64,000 nt of DNA from Camelus ferus. Its lineage: Eukaryota. The stretch is taken from assembly GCF_009834535.1 (NCBI RefSeq), contig NC_045708.1, forward strand, positions 4,712,001 through 4,776,000, given 5' to 3'. Below are positions 34,401 to 46,410 of this stretch, in pieces. The notes below the pieces were generated by a model. The model did no database searches. It was not told where the DNA came from and was given only the letters and a program-made list of their open reading frames with translations. Position numbers and translations under genes: made by a program. The stretch's first letter is position 1. Each line of letters opens with the position of its first letter.

Positions 34401-36477
34401 CTTGGACCTAACACTGCAGTGGACTCTGTTCACTGAGCACTCACTCTGACCCAGACCTGGAACAGGTGCTTGGCACCCATTGTCTCACTGGGTCCAGACA
34501 GCAGGGCCCCTAAGCAGCCCTGTGTGCCCATTTTATGGATAAGCAAAGTAAGGTTACAGGTGAAGCCTTCCCCAACCCCTCCCTCCACCAGGACGGGGGC
34601 TCCATCTACCCCTGGGGTAGCACTTGTCACCTGTACATCTGTCCTCCTTTCCCCAGCTGCCCTCCTCAGTAGCTGCAGCTCCGTTTCTTCTAGAATGCCG
34701 CTGGAGCCCAGCGCCCGCCGCCGCACCTAGCCCGTGGCAGGCTCTCCACGCGCTCTTGTTCGATGATTGAATGGAGATGCAGTGAGATGAATTCCTACCC
34801 GCGGGGGCCCAGCTGGATTTGAGCCCCGCTGTCCCACGGCAAAGCGCAGGCCCCGCTGCGTTACCTCACTTCCCCTCCCGCCATGACTGTCACCCTGCAT
34901 TTCCACCCGCTGTACCTCACCTCCTCGCCCTCTGCCTCTGGCTTGGGGGGTTCGGTCCACCCTGTCATGTTTCCCAAGACTAGAGGGGAGAACGTTTGGA
35001 GGCACAGGTGCCCAAGGAGGTTTGGCCAGGTCCCAGGTTGGGCGAGTTCCTTCCTGCCCCTCCTCCACCCCCATCGCCGGGACTCGGAGGAGGTAGGGAG
35101 GTATGTCCTTCATGAGAGGGGTCTGAACTGGACTCTTAACCCGGGGTGCAGGAACAGAGGGGGCTCCTGTTTGTCATGCTGGCCTGGGTGGAAGCTGGGA
35201 TGGCACTAAGTTGCGGCCGATCTGAGCCCTGGGTGTACAGTTACCTAACTGGGTAGGGCTGGGACAGAGTTGAGACTTGAACTTGAGACTTCCAATTAGT
35301 GCTCGCCACTTCCCAGCTTCCATGTGTGAGAGTTACGGGAGCCTCCCCAAGACCACCATCACTTCCAACACCAACTGCACACTCTATGTAACAGCCCTTC
35401 TCTTTTCTGGGCTCCTGGCAGTGGCAGCCCCCCGCCCATCCTGTGCCCTATAAGTGGTTCTGAAACCCACTCAGCCCCCAGTGTGGGCGTAGGGGCTTGG
35501 TCTACACAGGAACAGCATCGTCCTCCTCACCGCTGGCTGCGGCAACAACTTTATTTGGTTTGATGTATATGAAAGAAATAAAACTCAGAAGCCCATTGAC
35601 TTAAACAGGGAACCAGTGCAGCTTGGTTATTACGGTGTATGCTAAATTTTAATGGCATTTAGAAAGCGTTTTGTGGGGTAGAAAATAGAAGCAAACCCAT
35701 CAAGCCTCAACTATGCTCTATGTTTTATCGCGCAGAACATTTTTCTGCTACAACCCAAAGACTTTAAAATGTAATAAGGTACATTTGAACCCAAGGGTTT
35801 TAAAATATACCTGAGAAACACACATATCCCGAAATGGAGTAAAATAATCCATTATGATCCAGGTCGGATTCGAGGAAAGACACACATTACTGGAAATGCT
35901 TTTAACATTTCCCGGCCCACCGACGGTCCTTTATTGACACGTGTTACTGCGCCAGGATTAATGCGCCGCCAAGCGAGGGGGGGCGGGGGGGTTCCCCCTC
36001 AGCCTTGCTGAGCCTCTTGCTGTTTATTAATGTGTTTCTCGTGTGTTTTCAATCACATGCCGCATAAATTAACATATCAGTTGAGAAATGAGGCCGGTTT
36101 TCCATTCATTTCATCGAGAACGTGTTCCGGTGCTCACATGTGTCTCCCCCCCCCCCCCCCCCGCCCCACTGGATCGTGGTCCTCACCGCCTCACTCGGTT
36201 TTCTTTGCTCTGAGTCCCGGGGTACCACGGTCTGTACCACTTCGTATTTTGCACTGCGCTGGCTTTTCATGTCGCTGGTCATCCTCACTCAATCTGCTCA
36301 TGGCTTCTGCAGCTGCAAATGGCCCAAGAATTCTCAGGGAACCAGCCCTGCTTCTGTTGGCCGTAAAGCAGTTACTTGCAGAAACCGGCTCACGTCATCG
36401 AAATGCAATTGAAAAGTGGATCTGTTTTCATGATCTTCAAATTTGAGGGCTGCAGAAATCCTATGGAGTAACTGGTT

Positions 36478-36620
36478 CAGCGGTTCTCCATTGAGGGGTG
36501 GGGGGGAGGGGGTTTTACCCACCTAGGGACACTTAGCCGTGTCCCAGCATTCCTGGTTGTCACACCTGGGGGGGGGAGGGGTTCCTGGCATCTGGTGGCA
36601 TCTAAGATCCAGGAAGGTTT
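36478..36620 (+). mobile_element. MER20 (hAT-Charlie), partial
   Basis: CAGCGGTTCTC...CCTAGGGACACTTAGC...TGGTTGTCACA.CTGGGGGGGGG...CTGGCATCT. Confidence 0.75.
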
Positions 36621-37304
36621 CACGTCTTTTGCAATCACACAACCAGCCAGTGGTGGAGGCAAACAAGAACCTCCTGGAGTCTACTGGGTTGTTTTCATAT
36701 CTCGACCAGACCTGAGCTGCCAATCTGGGGACATCCTGAGCTGACCATGAAACTCTCTTCTTTCTGGGGGCCCCAAGTTTCTGCTGCTGATGATGCGGTT
36801 TGGCCGCACAGCTCTCTGCTACCTTATATGCCTCTCAGCAGCCCTGTATTCCTAAGCACCCACAGGGCCAGTTTCTGCCGGGTGCTGGCCTCTCCCTGTG
36901 TCCGTCCCTGCCCTCCCTTCTGGTATCCACCGGCCACTGTAGGCTCTGTAGGGGGATGTGCTGACCCGCTCTATGCCCATAAACACACAGCCAGGTAAAA
37001 TCAAAACCTCATTCTAGGGCTGAAAATGATGGTTTGGAAATGAAGATTCCTGTTGGTGTGCTTATGGCATTTTATTTTATTTATTTAACTAGGATTTAAT
37101 TTCTTTTTCCAAAAATGAACATCCAGAAGTCTACCCCTGGCCCACCACCTAGGGGTGGGGTGCACATCCTTCCTGGGCCGGGTCTCCTGCAGGCTTACGG
37201 CAGAGCAGTTGCAGAAGTAATGGGAACATGATTTGACGTCTCATTTTCCTACTTAGCCTTAAACATGAACTCGTCTGTGTGTTTCTCAATCAACTTCCTC
37301 ATCA

Positions 37305-37530
37305 TCAATGTTAATAATTATAACGGCCCTACCTACAGTTATTGGGCGCCTCCACGCGCCTCTTGTAAGCCCTTTGCGGGTAGGAGCCAATTCACCGCCC
37401 GCAGCTGCTCTGGAAGGCAGGTGTGTGCGTGTCACCCCCACTGCGTGGGGATGGAGCTCAGGGGGATGAAACAGGTGACGTTAGGTCACAGAGCCAGTCG
37501 GCTGCCAGGCCAGGATCTGAACCAGAGTAG
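37305..37530 (-). mobile_element. MIR (GC-shifted)
   Basis: TAATAATTATAAC...TATTGGGCGCCT...GGTCACAGAGCCAGT...CCAGGATCTGAACC. Confidence 0.6.
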
Positions 37531-37775
37531 CCGTCCAGATTCGGGCCTCTCGGCCACCACCCTTCCTGGCTTCTGGTTTTCAGTGGCGGCCCCTCGTATC
37601 CAGGAGGCCAGATGCCACTGAAGTGGCCCTGGGCCAGCGTGGTGGTTCTTCTGCAGTGCCCTTGGTGGCCCCAGGGTTTCATAACCAACCTAGCATCCTA
37701 GGTGGACACTCTGAGGGTCCTTGCTGGCTCCCTACATGTGATCAGCAGGGGGAAACACAACGGGGACTTTTAGTC

Positions 37776-37999
37776 TAGACTTTCTCGACCTTGGCACACT
37801 CAACCTTTTGGGCAGGATGGTTCTTTGTATTGGAGGCTGTCTGTGTGTTGAAGGATGTTCATCCTCCTGCCTGGCTCCACCGACTGGAGTGTTTCTACCC
37901 GGTGACAACTCCCCTCCCCCCAAGTCCTGACAACCAGAAGTGTCTCTAGACTTTTCCAGATGTTCTTGGGGGGCAAAATTGCTGGGATTGAGGACCATC
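37776..37999 (-). mobile_element. MER20, near full length
   Basis: TTTCTCGACCTTGGCAC...TTTTGGGCAGGAT.GTTCTTTGT...TGACAACCAGAAGTGTCTCTAGAC...GGGGGGCAAAATTGC...TTGAGGACCA. Confidence 0.88.
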
Positions 38000-40900
38000 T
38001 TGCAGGAGACAGGGGCAGGATTTGATTGCTGTGGATTTCGTTCTCGCCCCCGGACCCCCGAGTCGGCCACAGTAGGCCACAGTGAGGCCCGGAGTGGGCA
38101 TGGTGCGCAGGCAGGCAGCCGGGAGTGCTCTGCCTCCATCCGCCCCCCTCCCCAGCGCCACACGCCTCCCCTCTGCACCGTGGGTGGGGAGCCTTGCGTC
38201 CAGACTCCATCCAAGCCCAGTAGGGCCCAGGAGCCAAGACAGCAGGAAACCCAAAAAAACGATCGCCTGCTTCCAGACAACTTTGCTTTTCTGCCTTGTG
38301 GGGAAACTTATAAATTATTTGGAGAGCAATATTAGTCTTTTTGCTTCTGAAAAGGGTTCTGCATCTTTAATAGAGCCTGGTTTTGAAACATAACTCACAG
38401 AGTTGTACAAATAGCCCATCAATAGTGCGGTGGCTCATTTCATTGTCCTCAGCGCATGGAATCTTCATTATTTGCACTGTTGATAAAAGGCAGCATCTTC
38501 AGCAGATCCGCACTACTCTATTTAGCTGAGAACAATGATTTATTCCTCCCTCACTGTTGGACATCCTCAATTTCCTTGGGTAATAAAGAATGCTCCCACG
38601 GATGGGATGAACAGGGGTGACTGGCTGCTCGGAGCCTGGCAAAGTCAAGAAGAGCGGAAAGGGGTCCCGACCGGTGGCCCCTGCAAGGGAGACAGTCCAA
38701 GCGTGCCCCGGCCCGCGCCGGCAACCGCGGCCTCTGGTGGCAGCCCGGAGCTAGCACGTGGCATTGACAAATTGCCCGGGAAGCAGCCGGGTCCCTGATG
38801 GAAAACCGCCCATCTCAGCACAGACAGCAAGTGCGCACCCGTCCAAACTGCTCGCTCCTGCTCGGAGATGCAGTTCTAACAGAGCCTCTATTCAGTACCA
38901 CCACCGGGGCCGGGCCAGGCTGTGCGTGTGTGTGTTTGTGCCAGCGCCTTGTTTTCTTCCTATTAGAAAATTCATGGACTGCTGAGAGAGGGGAAATCAG
39001 AGTCATAGCCTCAAACTGGAAATGGTAGAATTTTCACATTCAACATAAAAGGGAATTGTTGCAATCCCGGGGCAGAGTGGGAAGGAGGCTCTGCTCAGCA
39101 GAGGCTGCGGGGATGGAGGGAGATGGAGAGGCCGTGGACGACAACGGGAAAACCCTGGATGCCTGCTTCTCCCGAACGCAGAAGTAATTTGCTCCATCTC
39201 GGCCTCACTCAGGCGGAGCGGGGAAGGTTCCAGAAGTCTTTGGGCATTTCTGGGACAGAGGCTCTGTGCATATGGGTGCAATGGCTCCGAGGTTAACCTT
39301 TAGAAGGAGCCGAACGGCAGGGGAGGGAGTGTATGTGGGTCCCTGAGCCGTGCGTCTGCATGTCCCTCGAGGCCAGGCGACTGAGGGTTCTTGGAGGGGA
39401 AGGGTGCTCTCTGGGCCCAGCCACTCGCCCACGTTCATGCGGAGAAACTGGCAGGTAGCCGCCAGCCCAGCTGCGAGGACCAGAGACGTGAAGCTGTTTC
39501 CTTTCCTTCTTGCTTCCTCGTGTTTTCCACACGGTGCTTTCAGGGAGGGGCCTCCTTGGTGGAGTTGTGCGGGACTGGAAGTTTCTGGAAGCAGAGAACT
39601 AGTGAGTTTGTGGCCTGGGTCATTTTCACTGGGGGCGCTGAGAGAGCCGAGATGACCTGTGACAAGGAGGACTTTGGGGCACATTCAGAGAGGACATCGG
39701 GGCCAGCAGGGCCATGATCCTCGGTCTCCAACCAGCTAACAAGGGGCCACTCAGTGCGGTCCTGGGCCCCCCACAGCCCTCCACTCACCATTGACCACAT
39801 CCCGCTGACCCCAGCTGGGCACTGGGGCGCCTCACCCAACGGAGGCAAAATCCCCTTTCCGAGAGGAACTGTTGCTATGGCAACCTGGCTCTGGGAACTC
39901 CCTGGTTGCCACTGGGGGTCTGAGGCAGACGGACCTAACGAGTGTGCCGGTGGAGAAGGGAAGTGCATGCCGGGGAGGACAGGCGAGTTTGCTGAGCTGT
40001 TGAGCCGTCACCGTGCCTCTCCCCCTCCCCGAGCCGGTGTGTCCGGGCCCTTTCCCCACTCAGGCCAGGCCCCGGTTCACAGCTCCAGTTCCTCCGGGTA
40101 GGGAGCCCCTGTCCCCATGGTCACCATACCTGCACTGGAGGATGGTGATGAATGCTGGGGCCCCAGTTCCAGGCAACAGACATGAGACTTGGGTTTGTGA
40201 ATTTGTGACTCAAACATTTCCCATCCTTATGGCCTTTCAATTGTTTAATGCAAATAGAAAAGCTTTATAGGGCCAGCTTCCTCTAAGCCCTGCTTTGTCA
40301 GCAAAGACTGGGTGGAGGCAAAGGTAGGATAGAGGGGAGGGACCGAGGGCAGGGACCACCTTCTGTTGTCCCAGGTGGGCCCCTCCTGTGGGGGCAGCCC
40401 TACCACCCCCTTGCCTGCCTTGGACCAAGATCCCATGAGCCCTTAGCTTTTAAAACCCTCATGGGGAGACTGAATAAATATTTCAAGGTCATCCAAGGGC
40501 TCCCGTGGGTCTTGTTTATTCACAGTATGCTGGCCACCTCAGTGTAGAAATGTTTCAAATTGCAGACATGTGAATGGCAAGAACACAGCCCTTTATTTAT
40601 TTCTTTGATCATGAATTTATTTATTTTTGCGGCTTCCATCACCCACCTGGGTTTGGGCATAACTGGACAGCAAGTGTCTCTGCTCTGGCCAGTCCTGTGT
40701 GCTTGTCCGGTCTTGTCAGCACCTGCCTGCTTGGGGAGCTTTGCATTCCGTCGTCACCTGTGAGAACCAAACTAGCTGGTCCAGGGGCTGAGGAGGAGCA
40801 TGTGCTGTGACGAGCCCAGTGCGCGAGGCAGGGTGTGCCATCCACTGGGCAGCCCTGGCCTGGTACCTGGAACTAGTCCACCAAGCGGGGGCATAGGTAC

Positions 40901-41535
40901 TGACCAACAGAGGGAGGCAGGCAGCATGCTGGGGCGCCCTGGCCCTCCCGTGCCGGTGAGCTCATGGGGACACGGGGTGAACGGGGGCTGTGGTTCAATC
41001 TACCCCCCACCCCCACCACCTCTACTCTTGGTGATACGACCCCCCTCCAAGATGTAGGAATGAACAGACCCACTTTATACTACGGGCGAGAAGAGGAGAG
41101 GACTGTAGCCCCGTGGAGCTAGGACTGGACCCCAGGTCCGTCTGACTGTTGGTGTCCTCTGCTGTCCAGACCTGGTCCTGTTTTTGCCCTGGAGATGGAA
41201 GCCAATGCACTGTCTTCCCAGGTTTAGTTACCACCTGCCCACTTGAAAGGAGCCACCTCACAGACAGGTGCTGCTCCCTGGGGCTGCTTGATCCTGAGCC
41301 TGAGTCTGACGGTTCTTGTGAATGCGGTCACAGGTTGGATCACAGGTTGGCATCAATCTGGAGGTGCCGAGCCCTGCTGCACATCCATCCTGAAAGGGCT
41401 CTGCTGGCGGCTCCAGCAGGCCCCTGCCCCCTGTCCCAGCACGTGGAGAGCACCAACCTGGCGGGTTCACAGGGCAATGTGAGCTATTCTGGCTCATTTA
41501 CCTTCCCCCCGTCACCCTCTAACCCAGTCTCTAAG

Positions 41536-41668
41536 CATTCATTCATTCAGCAAAGTTTTGCTAAGCATTTAAAAAGTACTAGGCATTGGGAATGTAGCAA
41601 TTAAGAAAATTCTCATGATAGGAAGACAGACACGTAATAAATGTGTAAAAGCAATACTATGTTAGGCA
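41536..41668 (-). mobile_element. L2 3' tail
   Basis: CATTCATTCATTCAGCAAA...CTAGGCATTGGGAAT...AGACAGACACGTAATAAAT. Confidence 0.7.
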
Positions 41669-41669
41669 G

Positions 41670-41960
41670 TGAAAGTCCAGATACAGAGAGGACTTCAGGC
41701 ATGGCTTGATCAAGACTCTGGTCCTGCTGTCTGTTATCCTCTCAATGCTTCCTTCTTCCTTGGGTTTTCTGTATCCTCGGCTGGCTTCCCTCACATTAGT
41801 AAAATGGCTGTGGGCATTTCAGGTCTCACAAACACTCATTCCACTGTCCAAAAGAAGAGCAAACCATTGAGCAAAAAGTCCTGGGCTTCAGACTGATTGG
41901 ATCAGTATAGGTCACCTGATCGCCTGCAACCAATCCCTATGTTTGAGAGGGTGCAACTGG
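41670..41960 (-). mobile_element. MLT1K-type MaLR LTR fragment
   Basis: AAGTCCAG...CTTCAGGCATGGCTTGATC...AAAGTCCTGGG...CTGATTGG...GGTCAC...AACCAATC. Confidence 0.7.
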
Positions 41961-41967
41961 TTTAGAC

Positions 41968-42158
41968 AAAGGGTTGACAAACCATGGCCCATGGACCAAA
42001 TCCAGCCTGCCTCTTTTTTTGTAAATAAAATTTTATTGAATACAGCCATGTCTGTTTGTTGACATATTATGTATGACTGGAGAATCAGGAAGGTAAACAG
42101 AGACTGTATTGCCCACAAAACTCAAAATATGTACTATCTTAGCTTTTACCAATCCCTG
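41968..42158 (-). mobile_element. MER58A (opposite orientation to the 5237 copy)
   Basis: GGGTTGACAAAC.ATGGCCC.TGG.CCAAATCCAGCC...TTTGTAAATAAAATTTTATTG...AAAATATGTACTATCT. Confidence 0.88.
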
Positions 42159-42384
42159 GCTTGAATACATCTGGGGCTATCCTGGAAGACCATATTATGA
42201 AATCCCTCCAACTCTTATGATTGTGACACAGTGGGGCGGGGGTGTCATAAACGCTGGGAAGGAGGTCACCCTCTATTTATTTATTTATTCAGCAAATGAA
42301 ATTTGGTCGACTTATATGGAACTAACTCCCTTTGCTCTGCCAGAGAGAGCTGGATTTGGAGAGAGAAAAAAGCTGCATTAAATA

Positions 42385-42812
42385 ACTGAAGTAGCCTAAA
42401 AGTGGAAGCAACCAAACGTCCCTCAACTGAAGAAGGGATAAATTAGTGGGATCCATCCATACAATGGAGTATTATTCACTCACACAAGGGAGTGGGGTAC
42501 TGACATGTGCTCCAACGTGGATGAGCCTCAAACACACAATGCTGACTCAAGAAGCCAGACACAAAAGGTCGTATATTACATGGTCCCACTTCTATGAAGT
42601 ATCCGATATAGGGACATTCACAGACGGAAGGCAGACTGGTGCCTGCCAGGTAGACAGTTCCGGGGTTCCCTTTGTGGGTGATGGAACCGTTTTGGAGCTA
42701 GACAGGGCTAATGGTTTCACACCATTCCAGTGTGTTTAATGCCAGTGAATCGCACACTTCAAAACAGTGAATTTTATGCTATGTGAATTTGATCTCAATT
42801 GAAAAAATAAAA
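42385..42812 (+). mobile_element. L1MB-type 3' end
   Basis: AAGTGGAAGCAACCAAACGTCC...CCATACAATGGAGTATTATTC...GAAGCCAGACACAAAAGG...ATGTGAATTTGATCTCAATT + A-tail. Confidence 0.9.
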
Positions 42813-44764
42813 CCAGAGCCCGAGGCAGCACTGAACTGGTGGGAAGGCTTGTGGATCCGTAGGTGTTCAGAGGAGGAGCCCCGGGGCCAAGACCTGGCTT
42901 CCTGGCTGGACTCCATTCCCACTTTTCCTGGGCTCACGTCTCACACGGGCTCCTGGCCAGCGTTCCTGGTGCCCGGGCAGCCCTGGCCTCCGACCCGTAG
43001 AGGTGCTCTGCTCACGGCTTACAGCCCCGGGTGTCACCACAGGCGTCCTCCTCGCCTGCCCGTCTTTAGCACCCTGGTGGTGAAATGCCACCATGCATGG
43101 CGGGGTCTGTAAATTTGCCTTCAGGTTTGGCATTTATGTTTGCCATCCTTGTAAAACTATTTCCCATTGCTCCCTGGTTTTTATAATGTCAATATACTAA
43201 GATCTCCCTCTCAGTGTTACATTTGATGCACAATGCCGCTTTCTTTATACCCTAGAGCACACGTGTTTTTCTAACTTGGCTTTCAAAAATAGTTGGTTTT
43301 CAAAGAGATGTCACAGGAGACTTGCTGTTGGCAGTGAAATAAGTTGTTGTTTTCTTGTGGTCTGCAAAACATGTGATGGGATCCTTAATTGAAATTCACC
43401 TTTAACATTCAAGTTATATTTTTATGAAATTTGAAGCCCATTGTAAGGGACCATTATCTACAGAGATTCGTTTCCTCTGGGAAGTTTCTTCCTTGGTGAT
43501 GCCATGTAAATTCAGGAGCCGCGGACAAACGGCGGCGTCTCGTATTTCGAGCTGGTGGCAGAAGAGGCTGCAGGTGTCAGTGCCCGGGACCCTGTAAAAC
43601 AAAGCACTTCCTCTGTCTGTGGTCCTCTTCCTGCTGGGCTGTGTCACGGCGCTCTGGAGCGCTTCTGAACCTTTCAACCCGCAGAATCCCCTGGAAGGCG
43701 GGGCAGGGGCCGTCTGCACTCGCGGGCAGGACTGAAAGGGACCGAGCTTCTTACTTTTTCTGTTTCTGAGTCTTCACTTTGATCTTCAGTTTTTCTGCTT
43801 GCCTCTCCTCACCTCTCCTCCGCGGGAAATCTTTCCTGGTGTTTTCACTGTTCAAGCCGCATAGCATCTGGGAGCCGAGAGAGTGTATCCTCGTCTGTCT
43901 GTCTTGTGTTCTCTCGCAGAGACTTGATGAGGCTGTGGCCAGGCTGAAAAAGAGCCATCAAAGTGGGCAGGGGGGAGAGGATGACTCTTGATCAGCCATC
44001 ACCACTTCAGGAAATAAAAAGGCAATTTAATTAATCGCCCGATGCTGGTGCTGAGGACTGAGTCTGCAGAAGCTACTCTACTATTTGAGGAAATTATTAC
44101 AGAGTGTACATTCAACTCTTAGGATAAATACCAAAATCCAGACATCATATGTTCTGACATGTGTATTATTTATATGCAAATCTGGCTTTTGCAAAAGGGT
44201 TTCCCAAGACACCATTGGGTTAGTTTTCCTGCAGATTCAAAAGTAACTGTCCATCTGCCTGGCATGTCCCTCTCCTTGGATGTCCTTAAAATATTACCCA
44301 GTTAGGTCAGATTTCACCACTCCTGGCCACACTTCCACTGGGGCTGCTGAGCTGAAAAATCCTCCCTCTTTACAGCCTAATTCCAAAATGCCTAAGTAAG
44401 ACTCTGGCATAAGTTCATGACTGGTACGGAGAGTTTGAGGACTCTTTCTGGAGCTGAAATGATACTCCTCCGTTCAGATGCCAGGCAGCGGTGAGCACTT
44501 TGGGCTTAAGGACAACTATCCTGCCTGCCCGCGTAGTTGGCCCGCGTAGTCTGGATTGCTAAGCAGAGCTGTCGGGGGACATGTTTGTAAATATCAGCAG
44601 CAGTAGCCACAGAGGAATGAGAACAGTGGCCAGTTAGCATTTATCGGGCACTCACTCTGAGCCAGACACTGTGCCAAAGGTTTGTCATAATGTCCCAGGG
44701 TTTGGCAGGGTGATGAAGATAAGCTGCTTTCTAAAGAAAGTGGTTATGAAAATGTGCCCTGGAG

Positions 44765-45035
44765 TCAGACAGACCACATTAGACAGGATAAGTTCAGCTG
44801 CAAGTGACCAAAACCCCAATACAGCAGTGGCTTAAACAGAATAGTTTGATTTCCCTGCCTTGGAAAAGATTGGTTAGGGAATCCAGAGCCAACATGGCAG
44901 CTGGTGGCTGATCAGAGTCTCAGCTTCCCATAACCCAGCATCCCCATTCTAATACACGGCTCTAATACAGACCCAAGGTGGCTGCTTGAACTCAAGCCAT
45001 AGTGCCTGCATTCCAGCAGCAAGAAAAAAGCTGGG
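44765..45035 (-). mobile_element. MLT1J-type MaLR LTR fragment
   Basis: TAGACAGGAT.AGTTCAGCTGCAAGTGAC.AAAACCCC...CAGTGGCTTAAACA...AAGGTGGCTGCT...CATTCCAGCAGCA. Confidence 0.7.
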
Positions 45036-45149
45036 CATGCAGAATCATCATCGTTCCCAGGACCAGCACAGCCCCCGGCTCCTCAGTCTGAGGCCAGGCT
45101 CCATCACTAGGGAGGAGACTTGGTAAACCGTGTAACTTGTTTTACCCTT

Positions 45150-45295
45150 TGTAGTTTACACAGCATGTCTACACACCTGGCCGCATTTGAATTCCATAAT
45201 AACCCAGCGTGTTAGTGTTCTTGCCTCTACAGTAGAGAGGCTGGGTCAAGAACTCAAAGACCTCCCTCTGATGTCCAATCCAGTGCTCCCTTCAT
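45150..45295 (-). mobile_element. MIR fragment
   Basis: CATTTGAATTCCATAATAACCC...TCTGATGTCCAATCCAGTGCTC. Confidence 0.55.
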
Positions 45296-45406
45296 TTCTC
45301 CTACACTGATGCCCCTTCTTAGCTCACAGGGAGAGTAAAAGGGAAATGACATTTCACGTAAGACATTAAGCATATGCCACTTTGCTGCAGTGACTTATTA
45401 GCCAAG

Positions 45407-45442
45407 ACACACACACACACACAGACACACGCACACACACAC
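45407..45442. repeat. Interrupted (CA)n microsatellite
   Basis: ACACACACACACACACAGACACACGCACACACACAC. Confidence 0.9.
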
Positions 45443-45529
45443 GGAGGCAAGGACAGACACGTGGACATAGGAATGACCCTATCTCCAAAGGTTGAGTGTA
45501 AGAAATTTGAGGTGAATCTTCTCTTTTGG

Positions 45530-45680
45530 CTGTTAGTTTGTCTATTTATACAACCTGTTTCTATTTACCAAGCACCTCCAACGTGCCCGGCATTGTGCTA
45601 AGCACGGGGGATACAGGGATGAACACACAGACCATCTCTATGCTCGTGTGAGCTTGGCGTTTCCTTTGGGGCAAAGAAGC
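45530..45680 (-). mobile_element. L2 3' fragment
   Basis: TATTTACCAAGCACCTCCAACGTGCCCGGCATTGTGCTAAGCACGGGGGATACAG. Confidence 0.75.
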
Positions 45681-45963
45681 AAGGTCACCACATCATCACA
45701 AAACAAGGACATGCTGACTTATAAATGGCATGGCAGAAGGAGCACGGTGCCCCAAGAGTATAGGTCCCAACCTTACATCATTGACAAACTGAGACCCTTG
45801 CCACTGCAAAGGAAAAAGAAGGGCCAAGAAGGACATTTTTTTTGCCAAATATAAACAGTGAGAAAAGCATCCTGTATTCCCTAAGGCTCCTTGGCCTCCA
45901 CTGAACATTCCCCCATGCACTTACATGCCTACGTATTCATTTAATCTTTCTCACCCATTTAAC

Positions 45964-46230
45964 GCAGTGTAGTATAGTGACCTAGGACATGAACCCTTGA
46001 GACAAATGCAAACTGGTTAAAATCCTGCTTCTGTCTCTTACTAACCCAGTCACTAATCCTGTACAACTTGGGCTAACTTCTTTGTGCTTCAGTCTTCCCA
46101 TCTGTAAAATGGGGGTAAATAATAGTACATCTACTTCATAGGGTTGTTGAGAGCATTAAAGTAAGTTACTATATATAAAGCACTAAAAATAACATATGGC
46201 ACAGAGTAAGCTCTGTGTAAGTGCTGGTTC
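45964..46230 (+). mobile_element. MIR, near full length
   Basis: GTGTAGTATAGTG...CTTCAGTCTTCCCATCTGTAAAATGGGG.TAAATAATAGTAC.TCTACTTCATAGGGTTGTTG...GGCACAGAGTAAGC. Confidence 0.9.
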
Positions 46231-46232
46231 AG

Positions 46233-46410
46233 GACGATGAAGATGCTGATGATGATAAAATTTATGAGGAGGAAGAGGATAAGAATGATGATGATGAGGG
46301 TGATGCGTGGTGATGGTGGTGGTGATGATGACATTGAGGAAAAGGAGGAAGATGGTGGTGCTGACACTGATGAGGAGGAGGGGGAGAATGGTGATGCTGA
46401 TGGATATAGA
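46233..46410. repeat. Compound (GAT/GAG/GGT)n low-complexity tract at the MIR tail
   Basis: Degenerate trinucleotide runs directly following the MIR 3' end. Confidence 0.85.

Noticed and set aside
35320-35385. MER21-like LTR fragment (CCCCAAGACCACCATCACTTCCAACACCAACTGCA)
   Set aside because: Too short to call from memory; left out of the features and the LTR orientation count.
43920-43961. Resemblance of RLDEAVARLKKSHQ to the PABP MLLE end (KVDEAVAVLQAHQ)
   Set aside because: Too short, needs a gap, and no upstream MLLE similarity; treated as coincidence.
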